Source: OCS155 cluster bacterium AG-422-J23 (GTDB taxonomy: Bacteria > Actinomycetota > Acidimicrobiia > Actinomarinales > Actinomarinaceae). Taken from it: a DNA stretch of 64,000 nucleotides. The DNA lies in assembly GCA_003213625.1 (NCBI GenBank), contig QCMT01000001.1, forward strand, positions 100,615-164,614. Reading direction: 5' to 3'. The notes beneath the pieces are model-generated. The model ran no database searches, had not been told where the DNA came from, and saw only the letters and a program-made list of their open reading frames with translations. Shown here piece by piece: positions 1-10,251 of this stretch. The first letter of the stretch is position 1; each line of letters begins with the position of its first letter. Position numbers and translations under genes: made by a program.

Positions 1-550
1 ACTGGTTTAAATAATTTGTTAAGACCGCAATCTGTATACATATAGCTGAAGAGACAACTACGGCAAGCCCATCCATATTATCTATAAAATTTATTGCATT
101 CATTATCAACATAATCCAAATAGTTGAAACTATGTAATTTAAAGAATTATTGAATTCTACCCCAATAAGCGATTCAAAATTTATGAAAATATTTAAGTTA
201 TACAGAGGTATGTAGACAATGATTATTTGAAAAAATAATTTAATGTACCATTTAAAATTATACAAGTCATCGAGCAAGCCAATAATTGAAATTATTACTG
301 CAAAAAATCCTACGTATAAGAAATTACTTTCAGCCTGTCCTAGAAGTCTTGTAGATATCAAAAATGCGATAGAACAAGCAATACCACCAAATGGTGGAAC
401 ATATCTTGAAGATAATCTTTCTTCATTTTTTCTTATACTTGGAACAAAGTTTTTTGTTCTTTGTAGAGTTATCCAATTAAAGAATATGGATAATAAAATT
501 GTTGCTATCGCTGCACTTGTTATTGATACTTGGAAATTAGATAAATTCAC
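1..550 (-). CDS. Polyprenyl-phosphate HexNAc-1-phosphate transferase, WecA/MraY (GT4) family; N-terminal part, gene runs off the left edge
   Basis: Not in the ORF track (edge-truncated). Manual minus-strand translation from GTG at 550..548 gives (M)NLSNFQVSITSAAIATILLSIFF...IIGLLDDLYNFKWY...IMNAINFIDNMDGLA. These are the DD and NAxNxxDxxDGLA motifs of the MraY/WecA family. Hydrophobic throughout. Confidence 0.8.
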   Translation of the reverse strand, partial: MNLSNFQVSITSAAIATILLSIFFNWITLQRTKNFVPSIRKNEERLSSRYVPPFGGIACSIAFLISTRLLGQAESNFLYVGFFAVIISIIGLLDDLYNFKWYIKLFFQIIIVYIPLYNLNIFINFESLIGVEFNNSLNYIVSTIWIMLIMNAINFIDNMDGLAVVVSSAICIQIAVLTNYLNQ

Positions 551-1718
551 TTTTGTAACTCTCGATCTCTTTTCTTAAATATCGATAAATTTTATTATAT
601 GCAGCTGCAATTTTGACAGATGTATATTTTTCGTCAATTAATTCTCTATTGTATTTGGCATCTTCTCCAAAAAGAATATTTTGTGTATTATCTGAAAAAG
701 CATCATGATTAATTATTTCATCAAGACTTCTTCTAAATTCTTCAATGTTATTTTCATCTATAAAGAAAGAATTTCTAAATTTTGAGCTTAGCTCTGAGGT
801 GCCAGGAATATTATTAGATAAACATATTAGCCCAACATACAAAGACTCTAAAAGTATTCTTGAAGATCCCTCATACTTTGACATAACAATATTTATATCG
901 AAATTTTTAAGCTCTTTCTTTATATCAATATGTCCTAAATAATTTATAAAGTTACTATTTTTTATTTCATTTAGCTGAGATTCACTTAGTGAATCTGGAT
1001 TTCCATTGTCTAAATCACCAGCTAGATAGAACTCAAAATCTGAATCTTTCATCAAATTAGCTAGCTCAAGATATTCAAATATACCTTTGTCATTAATTAA
1101 CCTTGTAGCCATGATTACTTTTAAATTAGAGTTTCGGAATTCTTTTTTTAACTCAAGTTCTTTCACGTTTACCCCAGAAGTTGGAATTATGAAAGATTCA
1201 CCATTATATTTAGAATAATTATTAAATGTTTTTTGATCTTCCCCATTTTGGTACATCAAAAAATCAAAATTCTTATTAACTAGGCGTTTAATAAAAAAAC
1301 CTAATAATATTTTTAAAATCTTCGCTTTGAAGTTATCACTAAATAGATAACCTAATCCGGTTATAGTCAATATATTTTTGGTTTTATTATTTCTAAAAAG
1401 ATTTGCAAATGCAAAAAGAAGACCAGATTTTAAAGTGAATACGTGGACAATATCATCAGAATTTAAATCTTTAATTATATTTCGGAGATTTTTAATTCCC
1501 CAAAAGTCAAAAATTTTATTTCTATTTAATTTCCAATCATTTGTTTCTTTGTAATAATTTCCAAGTTCAATTTCGTTTCGATCAAAAGGGCAAATTGCCA
1601 TAAATTTTGAATCGTTGATATTTGATACAATGTCTTTTCTTGATTGAGTTAATATCCAATCCCAATGTGCTAAATAAACAATCATTAATAACATTTTAAG
1701 TGTTAAAATTGTTAACAT
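537..1718 (-). CDS. Glycosyltransferase, GT-B fold (GT4/GT1-like)
   Basis: 393-aa ORF. C-terminal EX7E-type motif KYEGSSRILLESLYVGLICLSNNIPGTSEL. True start may be the internal Met at 1694 or 1685 (MIVYLAHWDW...). Confidence 0.75.
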   Translation of the reverse strand: MLTILTLKMLLMIVYLAHWDWILTQSRKDIVSNINDSKFMAICPFDRNEIELGNYYKETNDWKLNRNKIFDFWGIKNLRNIIKDLNSDDIVHVFTLKSGLLFAFANLFRNNKTKNILTITGLGYLFSDNFKAKILKILLGFFIKRLVNKNFDFLMYQNGEDQKTFNNYSKYNGESFIIPTSGVNVKELELKKEFRNSNLKVIMATRLINDKGIFEYLELANLMKDSDFEFYLAGDLDNGNPDSLSESQLNEIKNSNFINYLGHIDIKKELKNFDINIVMSKYEGSSRILLESLYVGLICLSNNIPGTSELSSKFRNSFFIDENNIEEFRRSLDEIINHDAFSDNTQNILFGEDAKYNRELIDEKYTSVKIAAAYNKIYRYLRKEIESYKSEFI

Positions 1719-1726
1719 TGCATAAT

Positions 1727-2929
1727 ATGAACATTGTCATCATAGGTACAGGGTATGTAGGCTTAGTAACTGGAGTAGGATTGGCTAGTCTTGGTAACTT
1801 TGTTAATTTTATTGATTTGGATGAAAATAAAATTAAAGATCTATCTAGTAAAAAAATTACCTTTTACGAGCCTGGACTCGAAAAATATTTCAATGATGAT
1901 GAAACATTTAAAAGAATGTCTTTCTCATCAGATTATGCAAGCATTGAATGGGACAACATTGATATTGTTTTTGTCTGCGTTCAAACACCAAACAATATTG
2001 AAACAAATTCTGTAGATACAAAGTTTTTAGAATCTGCCATTAAAGAAATAAATAATGTAAATAATAATGACTTAGTAATAACTGTAAAATCGACAATTCC
2101 TCCATACGAGATAGAAAAGGTATGTGAGAAAGTTGGAATGGATTCGAGTAAATTAACTTTTAATCCAGAATTTTTAAGAGAGGGTACAGCTGTTGAAGAT
2201 TTCTTTAAGCCAGATAGGATTGTTCTTGGTGGGACTGACACTGAAAAACTTACCAAATTAAAAGAGCTTTACAGTGGCTTTGACTGTGAGATTATTACAA
2301 CTGATTCGATTAGCTCTCAATTGATTAAATATCTTGCAAATACATATCTTCCTCTCCGATTATCTTTTGTGAATGAAGCAACAAGGTTAATAGACTATTC
2401 TGGAGGAAATTTAGATGATGTTTTAAAAGGAGTAGGCCTAGACAATAGAATTGGACAGCATTATTTTAGACCTTCACCATCTTGGGGTGGATCATGTTTT
2501 CCAAAAGACCTTGTAGAAGTTAATAATTTTTATGATAAAGATAAATTAAATCTTCCACTTATTTCAAACATCATAAATTCAAATGATACTCATGCAGATT
2601 GGACTTCAGAAAATATTAAAGAATTGTATGAATCAAAAAAATTAGAAGGAGTGGTTCTTATTGGTGCAGCATTCAAAGAAGACACGGATGATTTGAGAAA
2701 CTCACCAACAACAGAAGTGTTTAAAAAACTCAAAAGTTCAATTGAAAATGTTGTTGTATTTGACGAAATAATTAATGATGAAAATATAGTCAAATTTGAC
2801 TATCTTGAGGATCTCAATTCTCCCCATTTATTTGTTCTAATGTACCCGGTTAAAGAGCTAACACTTGATAGGTTGAATAAAATCATTGAAGATTCTAATT
2901 CTATAACCTATATTCCATGGTCACTATGA
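1727..2929 (+). CDS. ugd: UDP-glucose 6-dehydrogenase
   Basis: N-terminal Rossmann MNIVIIGTGYVGLVTG and catalytic-Cys motif WGGSCFPKDL. Start moved from track GTG 1700 to ATG 1727 so the Rossmann motif sits at the N-terminus. Confidence 0.9.
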   Translation: MNIVIIGTGYVGLVTGVGLASLGNFVNFIDLDENKIKDLSSKKITFYEPGLEKYFNDDETFKRMSFSSDYASIEWDNIDIVFVCVQTPNNIETNSVDTKFLESAIKEINNVNNNDLVITVKSTIPPYEIEKVCEKVGMDSSKLTFNPEFLREGTAVEDFFKPDRIVLGGTDTEKLTKLKELYSGFDCEIITTDSISSQLIKYLANTYLPLRLSFVNEATRLIDYSGGNLDDVLKGVGLDNRIGQHYFRPSPSWGGSCFPKDLVEVNNFYDKDKLNLPLISNIINSNDTHADWTSENIKELYESKKLEGVVLIGAAFKEDTDDLRNSPTTEVFKKLKSSIENVVVFDEIINDENIVKFDYLEDLNSPHLFVLMYPVKELTLDRLNKIIEDSNSITYIPWSL

Positions 2930-3861
2930 ATATCGTAATTACTGGTGGTTCGGGATTTGTAGGATCTTATTTATGTGAAAAGCTAATTAATGATGGTCAC
3001 AAAATTATCGTTATTGACAATTTGCTAACAGGCTCTACAGAAAATATAAATAATTTACTAGACAATGAAAATTTTTCGTTCATAGAGCACGATGTTCAAG
3101 ATCATATAGAAATAGAAGATAAGGTTGATTATGTTTTACATTTTGCCAGCGCAGCTTCACCAAAAGCATATACTGAACATCCAGTCAATACTCTCAAAGC
3201 TGGAAGTGTGGGCACAATAAATACATTGGGCCTGGCTAAAAAACATAGTGCAGAATACTTACTCGCATCAACCTCTGAAGTTTATGGAGATCCATTGATC
3301 AGTCCTCAGAACGAAGAATATTGGGGTAATGTGAATCCAAATGGTGAGAGAAGTATGTATGATGAAGCGAAGAGATTTGCAGAGGCAGCAGTTGCAACTT
3401 ATTCAAGGTCTTATGGTCTTAAAACTAAAATTGTAAGAATTTTTAATACATATGGTCCAAGAATGCAATTAAACGATGGAAGAGTAGTAACAAATTTTAT
3501 TGTACAAGCACTAAGAAATGAAAATATAACGATATATGGAGACGGTACACAAACACGAAGTTTTTCATACGTAGAAGATACTGTTGCAGGAATTATCTCC
3601 TTAATGAACTCAACTGAATATGATGTTTTCAATATCGGTAATCCAAATGAAATGACAGTTGGCCAATTAGCAGAAAAGATTATTGAATTAACAGATTCAA
3701 CATCTGAAATAAAATATTTAGAACTTCCAAATGATGATCCAAAGCAACGTAAGCCTGATATCACAAAAGCTAAAACAAAGTTAAATTGGGAGCCAAAAGT
3801 TAATCTTGATGAAGGATTAGCAAAAACTATTACATGGGTCGAAGAACAATTATCTAGATAA
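2926..3861 (+). CDS. uxs: UDP-glucuronate decarboxylase (UDP-xylose synthase)
   Basis: MNIVITGGSGFVGSYL, STSEVYGDP, YDEAKRFAE, RIFNTYGPRM: typical UXS signature. ATGA start/stop overlap with ugd at 2926-2929. Confidence 0.85.
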   Translation: MNIVITGGSGFVGSYLCEKLINDGHKIIVIDNLLTGSTENINNLLDNENFSFIEHDVQDHIEIEDKVDYVLHFASAASPKAYTEHPVNTLKAGSVGTINTLGLAKKHSAEYLLASTSEVYGDPLISPQNEEYWGNVNPNGERSMYDEAKRFAEAAVATYSRSYGLKTKIVRIFNTYGPRMQLNDGRVVTNFIVQALRNENITIYGDGTQTRSFSYVEDTVAGIISLMNSTEYDVFNIGNPNEMTVGQLAEKIIELTDSTSEIKYLELPNDDPKQRKPDITKAKTKLNWEPKVNLDEGLAKTITWVEEQLSR

Positions 3862-4915
3862 TTGTCAAAACTCTCTCTACAAGGTTATCTACAGACTGCT
3901 TTTCTAATTTTGATTGTGAAAAACGAATGATTTTATTGATTTCATCTATTTTTAAATTGTCAATATCGGTAATTTTATTTGATAAGCTTTCAGGCGTTCC
4001 ATCAAATTTAAATTTTTCTCGGAATTCTTCTGGTAAAAGATCGTCATAGTCAGAATTAGAATAAAAATTAATAAGTCCATGTGACATTGTTTCAAGAACA
4101 GATTTATCATAAAAGCCTTCTTCCGTATTGTTAATGTGAAAGCTAAAATCAGAAATTTCATTTATTAAGTTTTTATGAGGCATACTTCCCAAAAAACTTA
4201 TATTTTGATGTGAAGCATATTTTAATTTAAGGTTTTCAAAATATATTCCATCTTCAGATGATAGAGGTCCTCCAATGACTGTTAATTTATGACTAGATCC
4301 TTTTTCGCTATTGAGAAACCCTGATATTGATTCGTCAATTTTCTTTGATTTAGAAATTCTTGATATGATTACAAAATCTTTTCCATCGAAACTATTTATT
4401 TTTCTGAAAAACTCATCGAATTTAATTGCATGACCAATTACGTGTAATTTTCTTTTATTATTAAAAAATTTTTTGTAAGGAAATGAATTTTTTGATGCTG
4501 TAATTATCTTGTTGGAATAAATCGAAGCTTTCAGCAAAAATATTTTTTTTAAGAAATCAGTAGGACCTTTATGTGTGTACCAAAATATTGATTTAATTTT
4601 TCTCATTTTTAGTATTGGTGAGGAGATTATCACCATTAATGACGACATATGAGACAAGCAGAATTCATATTTATTTGATTTTGTTAGCTTATTGATTAAT
4701 TTAAAAAGATTAATTATTTTTGAAATTCTTCCAAGTTCATTATCTAATGAGGAAACAACTACATTTTTTTCTAGTTCATCATCACTTCCTTTACTGAGGC
4801 TAATGACATGAACTTCATCAAATTTTTTTGCAAATGCATTTAACCAAGATATTGCAAATCCCAGGGATGTATTTTTGGAATCAGTAGATATATTCAATAC
4901 AAGCACTTTTTTCAT
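3854..4915 (-). CDS. Glycosyltransferase (GT4-like)
   Basis: 353-aa ORF. GT-B C-terminal motif EEGFYDKSVLETMSHGL. Overlaps the upstream GT by 4 nt. Convergent 8-nt overlap with uxs. Confidence 0.65.
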   Translation of the reverse strand: MKKVLVLNISTDSKNTSLGFAISWLNAFAKKFDEVHVISLSKGSDDELEKNVVVSSLDNELGRISKIINLFKLINKLTKSNKYEFCLSHMSSLMVIISSPILKMRKIKSIFWYTHKGPTDFLKKIFLLKASIYSNKIITASKNSFPYKKFFNNKRKLHVIGHAIKFDEFFRKINSFDGKDFVIISRISKSKKIDESISGFLNSEKGSSHKLTVIGGPLSSEDGIYFENLKLKYASHQNISFLGSMPHKNLINEISDFSFHINNTEEGFYDKSVLETMSHGLINFYSNSDYDDLLPEEFREKFKFDGTPESLSNKITDIDNLKIDEINKIIRFSQSKLEKQSVDNLVERVLTII

Positions 4916-6054
4916 TTATATTTTTCCTCATGTAGTCTTGTAAATAGATTTTTATAAAGATTAAATGAATTTGTTAAGTTATATTTTTCATTTATAAAAT
5001 CTTTACCTCTTTCACCTTTTTTATTTGCAATATCTTTTTCGCCAATAATCTGATTAATCTTTGATTTAATGTTATTTTTTGATACGGGTAAATCTAATAT
5101 ATATCCTCTATCTTCATTTCCCAATATTTCTTTACATTCTCCAACAGGTGTACACAGAACTGGAATTCCATAACTCATGGCCTCAAGTAAGGAATGTGGC
5201 AATCCCTCATAATTTGATGCTTGTATGTAAATATCACTATTCAAAAAAATATGATTAATTTCATCTCTGTTTAGTTTCCCATGAAAAATAACATTATCTT
5301 TATTATTAGATTCTAATGAAATTTTTTGAAGTTGATTTAGCTCAGGCCCATCTCCGATAATATTTAAATTAATTAATGGACTATTTAAATCTGATATTGC
5401 TTTAATTATTTTTTCAATATTTTTATGTGATACCAGCCTTGATACAATAGTGATATTAATTTGATCATTTGTAAATATATTTGTATTTTCCTCAGGTACA
5501 AATACACCATTATTTATTATCTCAATTTTGTTTTTAAATCCTAAACTTAGAATAAAATTTTTTAGGTGTTGAGATGGTGTTACTACAATATCAGATTTTT
5601 TAATGCTAAAGCTTCGCACCTTCTTTTGGAGCGATATTGAAAATCCATAATTTTTAACTTGAAATTCATCAAAGCTTTCTGATATCTTTGCTTTGCTGTA
5701 TGCTCTTTCCCAGACAGGGTCACCAACAATTTTTCTTATTATCTTTTTTTTCAAAAAAATATTGGCAATTGTGGCCTCTGTACCAAGACCATTTACAAAT
5801 ATTAAATCTTTATTCTTCCCCAATTTATAAATAGTAAAAATTGTTTTTAACCAACGGTATATTATTGGTAAGTTTCTATCAATTCGTTTCACACTAAAAT
5901 CATCGTTTATATTTAAATTTTTATTATCAGACAAAGTTAAGATTTCTATTTCATAATTAAGTTCATCTTGAAAATATTTTGCAATTTTTGGAACAAAAGT
6001 TGCAGGTCCACCAATATCTGGAGGAAATATTCCTACAGTCACTAATACCCTCAT
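4912..6054 (-). CDS. Glycosyltransferase family 4
   Basis: 380 aa. N-terminal MRVLVTVGIFPPDIGGPATF and EGLPHSLLEAMSYGIPVL (EX7E). Confidence 0.8.
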   Translation of the reverse strand: MRVLVTVGIFPPDIGGPATFVPKIAKYFQDELNYEIEILTLSDNKNLNINDDFSVKRIDRNLPIIYRWLKTIFTIYKLGKNKDLIFVNGLGTEATIANIFLKKKIIRKIVGDPVWERAYSKAKISESFDEFQVKNYGFSISLQKKVRSFSIKKSDIVVTPSQHLKNFILSLGFKNKIEIINNGVFVPEENTNIFTNDQINITIVSRLVSHKNIEKIIKAISDLNSPLINLNIIGDGPELNQLQKISLESNNKDNVIFHGKLNRDEINHIFLNSDIYIQASNYEGLPHSLLEAMSYGIPVLCTPVGECKEILGNEDRGYILDLPVSKNNIKSKINQIIGEKDIANKKGERGKDFINEKYNLTNSFNLYKNLFTRLHEEKYK

Positions 6055-6061
6055 AATTTAA

Positions 6062-7024
6062 TTAATCTTGTCTTTTAAATTCCACAATTTCTTTAATCAT
6101 TGTTTGAATATCGTAACTCGGTTTAATTCCGGTTGCTTTTACAATTTTATCTATATTCGGTGTGCGCCTTGTAGGATCTTCAAACTTATCACCAAACACA
6201 TCTTTATGACTTAAAAACTTAATTTTTGAATTTGAATTCGATGTATCAATTATTAGTTGAGCTAAGTTCTTTATCGATATTTCTTCGGTTTGACCAATGT
6301 TATATATTTCTCCATAACTTTTTAACTCAGCTAGTTTCACAAAGTAATCAATCACATCTCCAACCCAGGTAAATGATCTCGTTTGAGATCCGTCACCATG
6401 GATAACTAAATCCTCGTCTTTTAATGCAGATTCCACAAATCTTGGTACAACCATTCCATAATCAGAAACCTGATTTGGACCTATCGTATTGAAGAGCCTC
6501 ACTATTATTGGTTTAAGATTACCGGCTTCGAATTCAGATAGAGCTAAGAATTCATCAATCATTTTTGATACAGCGTATGACCATCTAAGTTTTGTCGTAG
6601 GCCCAATCAAACTCTTTGTTTCTTCATCCCAACTTTCTTCTTTAGAAGTTCCATAAATCTCTGAAGTAGAAGTTATTAACACAGGTATGTTGTTTTCTTT
6701 ACACGCTTCAAAGACAATATGAGTTCCTTGAATATTAGTTAATAATGAATCACTCAAATTATCCATTATGTATTGAACGCCTACTCCAGCTGCTAGATGA
6801 AAGCAAAAATCATACCCCTTAAATTGACTTTCTAAATCATTAATATCCTCAAGTTTTGATTCAATGAGATGTACTTTTGAGGAGTCATGAAGGTTTTCCT
6901 TCTTTCCGGTTGAAAAATCATCAATTATAAGTATTTCTTCAGCACCATCCTTCAATAACCTTTCTACAAGGTTCGATCCAATGAAACCTGCACCTCCAGT
7001 GACGATTATTTTATTCATTGACAT
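6062..7024 (-). CDS. Extended SDR with decarboxylase/dehydratase-type active site (ArnA-C/UXS/UAXS-like); substrate probably UDP-GlcA
   Basis: VTGGAGFIGSNL Rossmann, TSTSEIYG (T-S-E rather than the epimerase S-S-x) and RWSYAVSKMIDE. See finding. Confidence 0.6.
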   Translation of the reverse strand: MSMNKIIVTGGAGFIGSNLVERLLKDGAEEILIIDDFSTGKKENLHDSSKVHLIESKLEDINDLESQFKGYDFCFHLAAGVGVQYIMDNLSDSLLTNIQGTHIVFEACKENNIPVLITSTSEIYGTSKEESWDEETKSLIGPTTKLRWSYAVSKMIDEFLALSEFEAGNLKPIIVRLFNTIGPNQVSDYGMVVPRFVESALKDEDLVIHGDGSQTRSFTWVGDVIDYFVKLAELKSYGEIYNIGQTEEISIKNLAQLIIDTSNSNSKIKFLSHKDVFGDKFEDPTRRTPNIDKIVKATGIKPSYDIQTMIKEIVEFKRQD

Positions 7025-7994
7025 ATACCAGATCTTTCAGATAGTCTTCATTTTCTTTATACCATGAAACTGTTTTTTCAATACCCTCCTGTATTTTAGT
7101 TGTCGGCTCCCAACCAATAGCTTCATTTATTTTATCTAAATTTGGACGAACCACGTCAGGATCTTTATATGCACGTTCTAAATTTTCAATATTTGCATTT
7201 TTTCCTGAAAATTCCTCAATTAATTTTATAACTTCGTTGAGTGAAACTGTAATATTTGATCCAACATTGAAAGTATGTGAGTTTTCTAAACCCGACATTC
7301 TTCTGAGTGCATCGACAACATCTTTTATATATGTAAAAGATCTTTGCTGTTCTCCATTCCCAAAAACTTTTACTTTTTCTTCATTTAGTATCCAATGAAT
7401 AAATCTTAAAATCGACATATCTGGCCTTCCATAGGGTCCATATACTGTAAAAAATCTAGAAATTATTAAGTTTGTATTTGTGTCTTCAAGAATTATTTTT
7501 GACAAAGATTCCCCAGATAATTTTGTACTTGCATAAACAGAAGGGGGTTTTATTTTTTCATCTTTCTCTTCAACCATTAAATTTTCACCACTGTCCCCAT
7601 AAATTGATGATGTTGATGCAAGAATTATTTCAGGAATCTCTATTTCTTTACAGAAATTAGCAACATTGGCAGTTGCGTATGTATTATCCTCTATGTAACT
7701 TTGTGGATCTAAAAAACTTTGTCTTACTCCTGCTCTTGCCGCCATATGATAGATTGTCGATATATCATATTTCTTTATTTCGTTAAGACTATCCTCTTTA
7801 CTTAAATTGTTATTAAAAAATGTAAAATTATTATTTTTATTCAATTTTTCAAGTCTTTTTTGCTTTAGCTTGACATCATATGCTGAGTTTAAAGAATCAA
7901 CACCTATTACTTGTTTATCTGCCTCTAATAGAGAATTTGATAGATGAAAACCAATAAAGCCGGAACAGCCTGTAACTACTACTTTTTTATCCAC
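7011..7994 (-). CDS. NAD-dependent sugar epimerase, UDP-glucuronate 4-epimerase-like
   Basis: VTGCSGFIGFHL, GVDSLNSAYDVKLKQKRLEKL (resembles the DxLNDYYDVxLK motif of GlcA 4-epimerases), ASTSSIYG, YASTKLSGE. Confidence 0.7.
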   Translation of the reverse strand: MDKKVVVTGCSGFIGFHLSNSLLEADKQVIGVDSLNSAYDVKLKQKRLEKLNKNNNFTFFNNNLSKEDSLNEIKKYDISTIYHMAARAGVRQSFLDPQSYIEDNTYATANVANFCKEIEIPEIILASTSSIYGDSGENLMVEEKDEKIKPPSVYASTKLSGESLSKIILEDTNTNLIISRFFTVYGPYGRPDMSILRFIHWILNEEKVKVFGNGEQQRSFTYIKDVVDALRRMSGLENSHTFNVGSNITVSLNEVIKLIEEFSGKNANIENLERAYKDPDVVRPNLDKINEAIGWEPTTKIQEGIEKTVSWYKENEDYLKDLVYVNE

Positions 7995-8222
7995 TTAATA
8001 CATGCTAACAAAACTAATTATTATTCTTTAAAAAGATTTAAATACTATTTATAAGTATTTATTGGTTAATATCTTAAATGATGGGGATTAAAAATAAATA
8101 GGCTTAAAAGTTTTTCGCCTTTATATGTTTTATTTTTTATTTCAGTAATTCCTCACTTCGACATTATTCCAGGATTTGTTCATACCGATGACTTACCAAT
8201 TTTATTATTTTTTTCATTAGCA

Positions 8223-9275
8223 ATGTATCTTCTTTTTAATATTGATAACGTCTCTTTAAAAATTGAAAAATACATGTATTTTGTATTTTTTATTTTTTAT
8301 TTAATAATTCAAAATTTTTTCGTGAATGGCGAATTATTTCATTCTGAAATCCTACGATTTGGATTTTATCTTTTTTTATTTATATTTATATCACTTATAG
8401 GTGAAAAAAATTATATAAACACTTTTCCTTTCTACATATTTCTGTTTTTAAGTTCGTTTTCAATTCTTTCATATTTATTTTCGATAAATCTTGGCAAAGA
8501 TATATATCAGACTTGGAATATAGGAATTAATTTAAGTGATATTGAATATATCAAAGGAAGAACAAATGGATTTCAGGCGGGAGGGCCAAACAGTTTTGCT
8601 GATTTGATTACCGTAACAGGAATATATTCAATGTTCAGGATGGAAAGTAGTTATTTACGTATAATAATTCCATTCTCTATTGTTGGATGTTTCTTTACAT
8701 ATTCTCGGTTTTCTCTAATTGTTTTGGTTTTATTTATATTATTTAGAATCATGCTTCAAAATAAAAAACTAAATACTGTTTTATTATTAATTGGCTCTTT
8801 ATTGATATGTGTAAATTTTGGTTTAATTGATAGATTCATTCAAGATGATAACAGTGGTATCCAAGACAGAGTTGAAATGCAATCAGGAACATTACAATAT
8901 GTTTCAGAAGATTCAATTATCAATAATATTTTTGGAAGAGGGTATGATAATTTTGTAATAAAAGGAAATGAGGTACTTGATTCCGAAAACTTTGATGATA
9001 ATCCTTTTTCTTATGGTCCTCACAATTCATATTTATTCATACTTTTAAATTACGGGATTGTTGGCCTGTTTTTGTACGGATTAATTTTCAAGGATCTTAT
9101 ATTAAGTCTTTTTAAATTAAGAGATTTAACAAACTACTCACCAAATCTTATGGCAATTATGGCATTTCTGTTATTGAGTTTATCAAGTGATTTATTACAA
9201 AATCACTCTGTATCTTGGTTTTTTTACTTTAGCTACTTTCTATACCTTAATGAAAAGGAGAATTCTACATTTTGA
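8223..9275 (+). CDS. Polytopic membrane protein, O-antigen polymerase/ligase (Wzy/WaaL-like)
   Basis: 350 aa, about 10 hydrophobic segments with one larger loop, in glycan cluster context. The in-frame hydrophobic region 8082-8222 has no canonical start (see finding). Confidence 0.6.
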   Translation: MYLLFNIDNVSLKIEKYMYFVFFIFYLIIQNFFVNGELFHSEILRFGFYLFLFIFISLIGEKNYINTFPFYIFLFLSSFSILSYLFSINLGKDIYQTWNIGINLSDIEYIKGRTNGFQAGGPNSFADLITVTGIYSMFRMESSYLRIIIPFSIVGCFFTYSRFSLIVLVLFILFRIMLQNKKLNTVLLLIGSLLICVNFGLIDRFIQDDNSGIQDRVEMQSGTLQYVSEDSIINNIFGRGYDNFVIKGNEVLDSENFDDNPFSYGPHNSYLFILLNYGIVGLFLYGLIFKDLILSLFKLRDLTNYSPNLMAIMAFLLLSLSSDLLQNHSVSWFFYFSYFLYLNEKENSTF

Positions 9276-9318
9276 AATACTGTTTTATTAGAAAACTCAA
9301 ACATATACTATATTTAAG

Positions 9319-10251
9319 ATGAAAATTTTAGTTGTAGGTGGTGCCGGATATGTTGGAGGAGGAATCGTTGATAAGCTTTCTCAGGAACATGAAGTTACTG
9401 TTTATGATTCATTAATTTATGAAACATCTTATCGAAAAAATGTAAATTTTATTCTTGGAGACATAAGGGATACAACAAAATTAAATGGAATTTTAAATAA
9501 CTTTGATGTTGTTGTTTGGCTTGCAGCCTTAGTTGGTGATGGTGCGTGTGCCATTAATCCAGACCTAACCTTTGAAATTAATTCTGAAAGTGTGAAAAAT
9601 CTTGTTGAAAATTTTGATAAAAGAATAATATTTTTGTCGACTTGTTCGGTTTATGGGGCTCAAGACGGAGTTCTAACAGAGGCGTCCGATACAAACCCAT
9701 TATCTGAATACGCATCATCTAAATTAAAAGCAGAAGAATATCTGCAAAATGCAAATGCATTAATTTTTAGGCTTGGAACTTTATTTGGAATAAGTGATGA
9801 ATTTTCAAGAGTACGTCTTGATTTAGTAGTAAATGTTCTTACAGCAAAAGCACTTATAGATAAAAAAATTAGTGTTTATGGCGGTGAGCAGTGGAGGCCC
9901 CTACTTCATGTAAATGACGTTTCAAATGCAATAAGTCACTGTCTAAACACTGATGTAAGTGGTATTTACAATCTTCATCATAAGAACTATAGAATCATCG
10001 ATATAGCAAGAGAGATAGAAAATAAAGTAAAAGATGTTGAAGTAGAAGTGACTCCCATGAGCTTTGAGGATGCTAGAAACTATCAAGTATCAAGTCAAAA
10101 ATTATTGGATGAAACAGGATTTGAAGCTTCAATAGAGCTTATCAATGGAGTTAATGAGATATATGATTTAATTTTTCACAACAGGATAAAGGACATAACA
10201 GATCCTAGGTATTCAAATCAGAACTTTTTGCAGAAGTTTGGTGTATCTTGA
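9319..10251 (+). CDS. NAD-dependent epimerase/dehydratase-family SDR
   Basis: VVGGAGYVGGGI, STCSVYG, YASSKLKAE (YxxxK). Confidence 0.75.
   Translation: MKILVVGGAGYVGGGIVDKLSQEHEVTVYDSLIYETSYRKNVNFILGDIRDTTKLNGILNNFDVVVWLAALVGDGACAINPDLTFEINSESVKNLVENFDKRIIFLSTCSVYGAQDGVLTEASDTNPLSEYASSKLKAEEYLQNANALIFRLGTLFGISDEFSRVRLDLVVNVLTAKALIDKKISVYGGEQWRPLLHVNDVSNAISHCLNTDVSGIYNLHHKNYRIIDIAREIENKVKDVEVEVTPMSFEDARNYQVSSQKLLDETGFEASIELINGVNEIYDLIFHNRIKDITDPRYSNQNFLQKFGVS

Noticed and set aside
243-578. 111-aa plus-strand ORF from the track
   Set aside because: It lies antisense to a minus-strand reading frame with clear MraY/WecA-family motifs (GLLDDL, NAINFIDNMDGLA). It has no recognisable motifs and its composition is typical of a shadow ORF.
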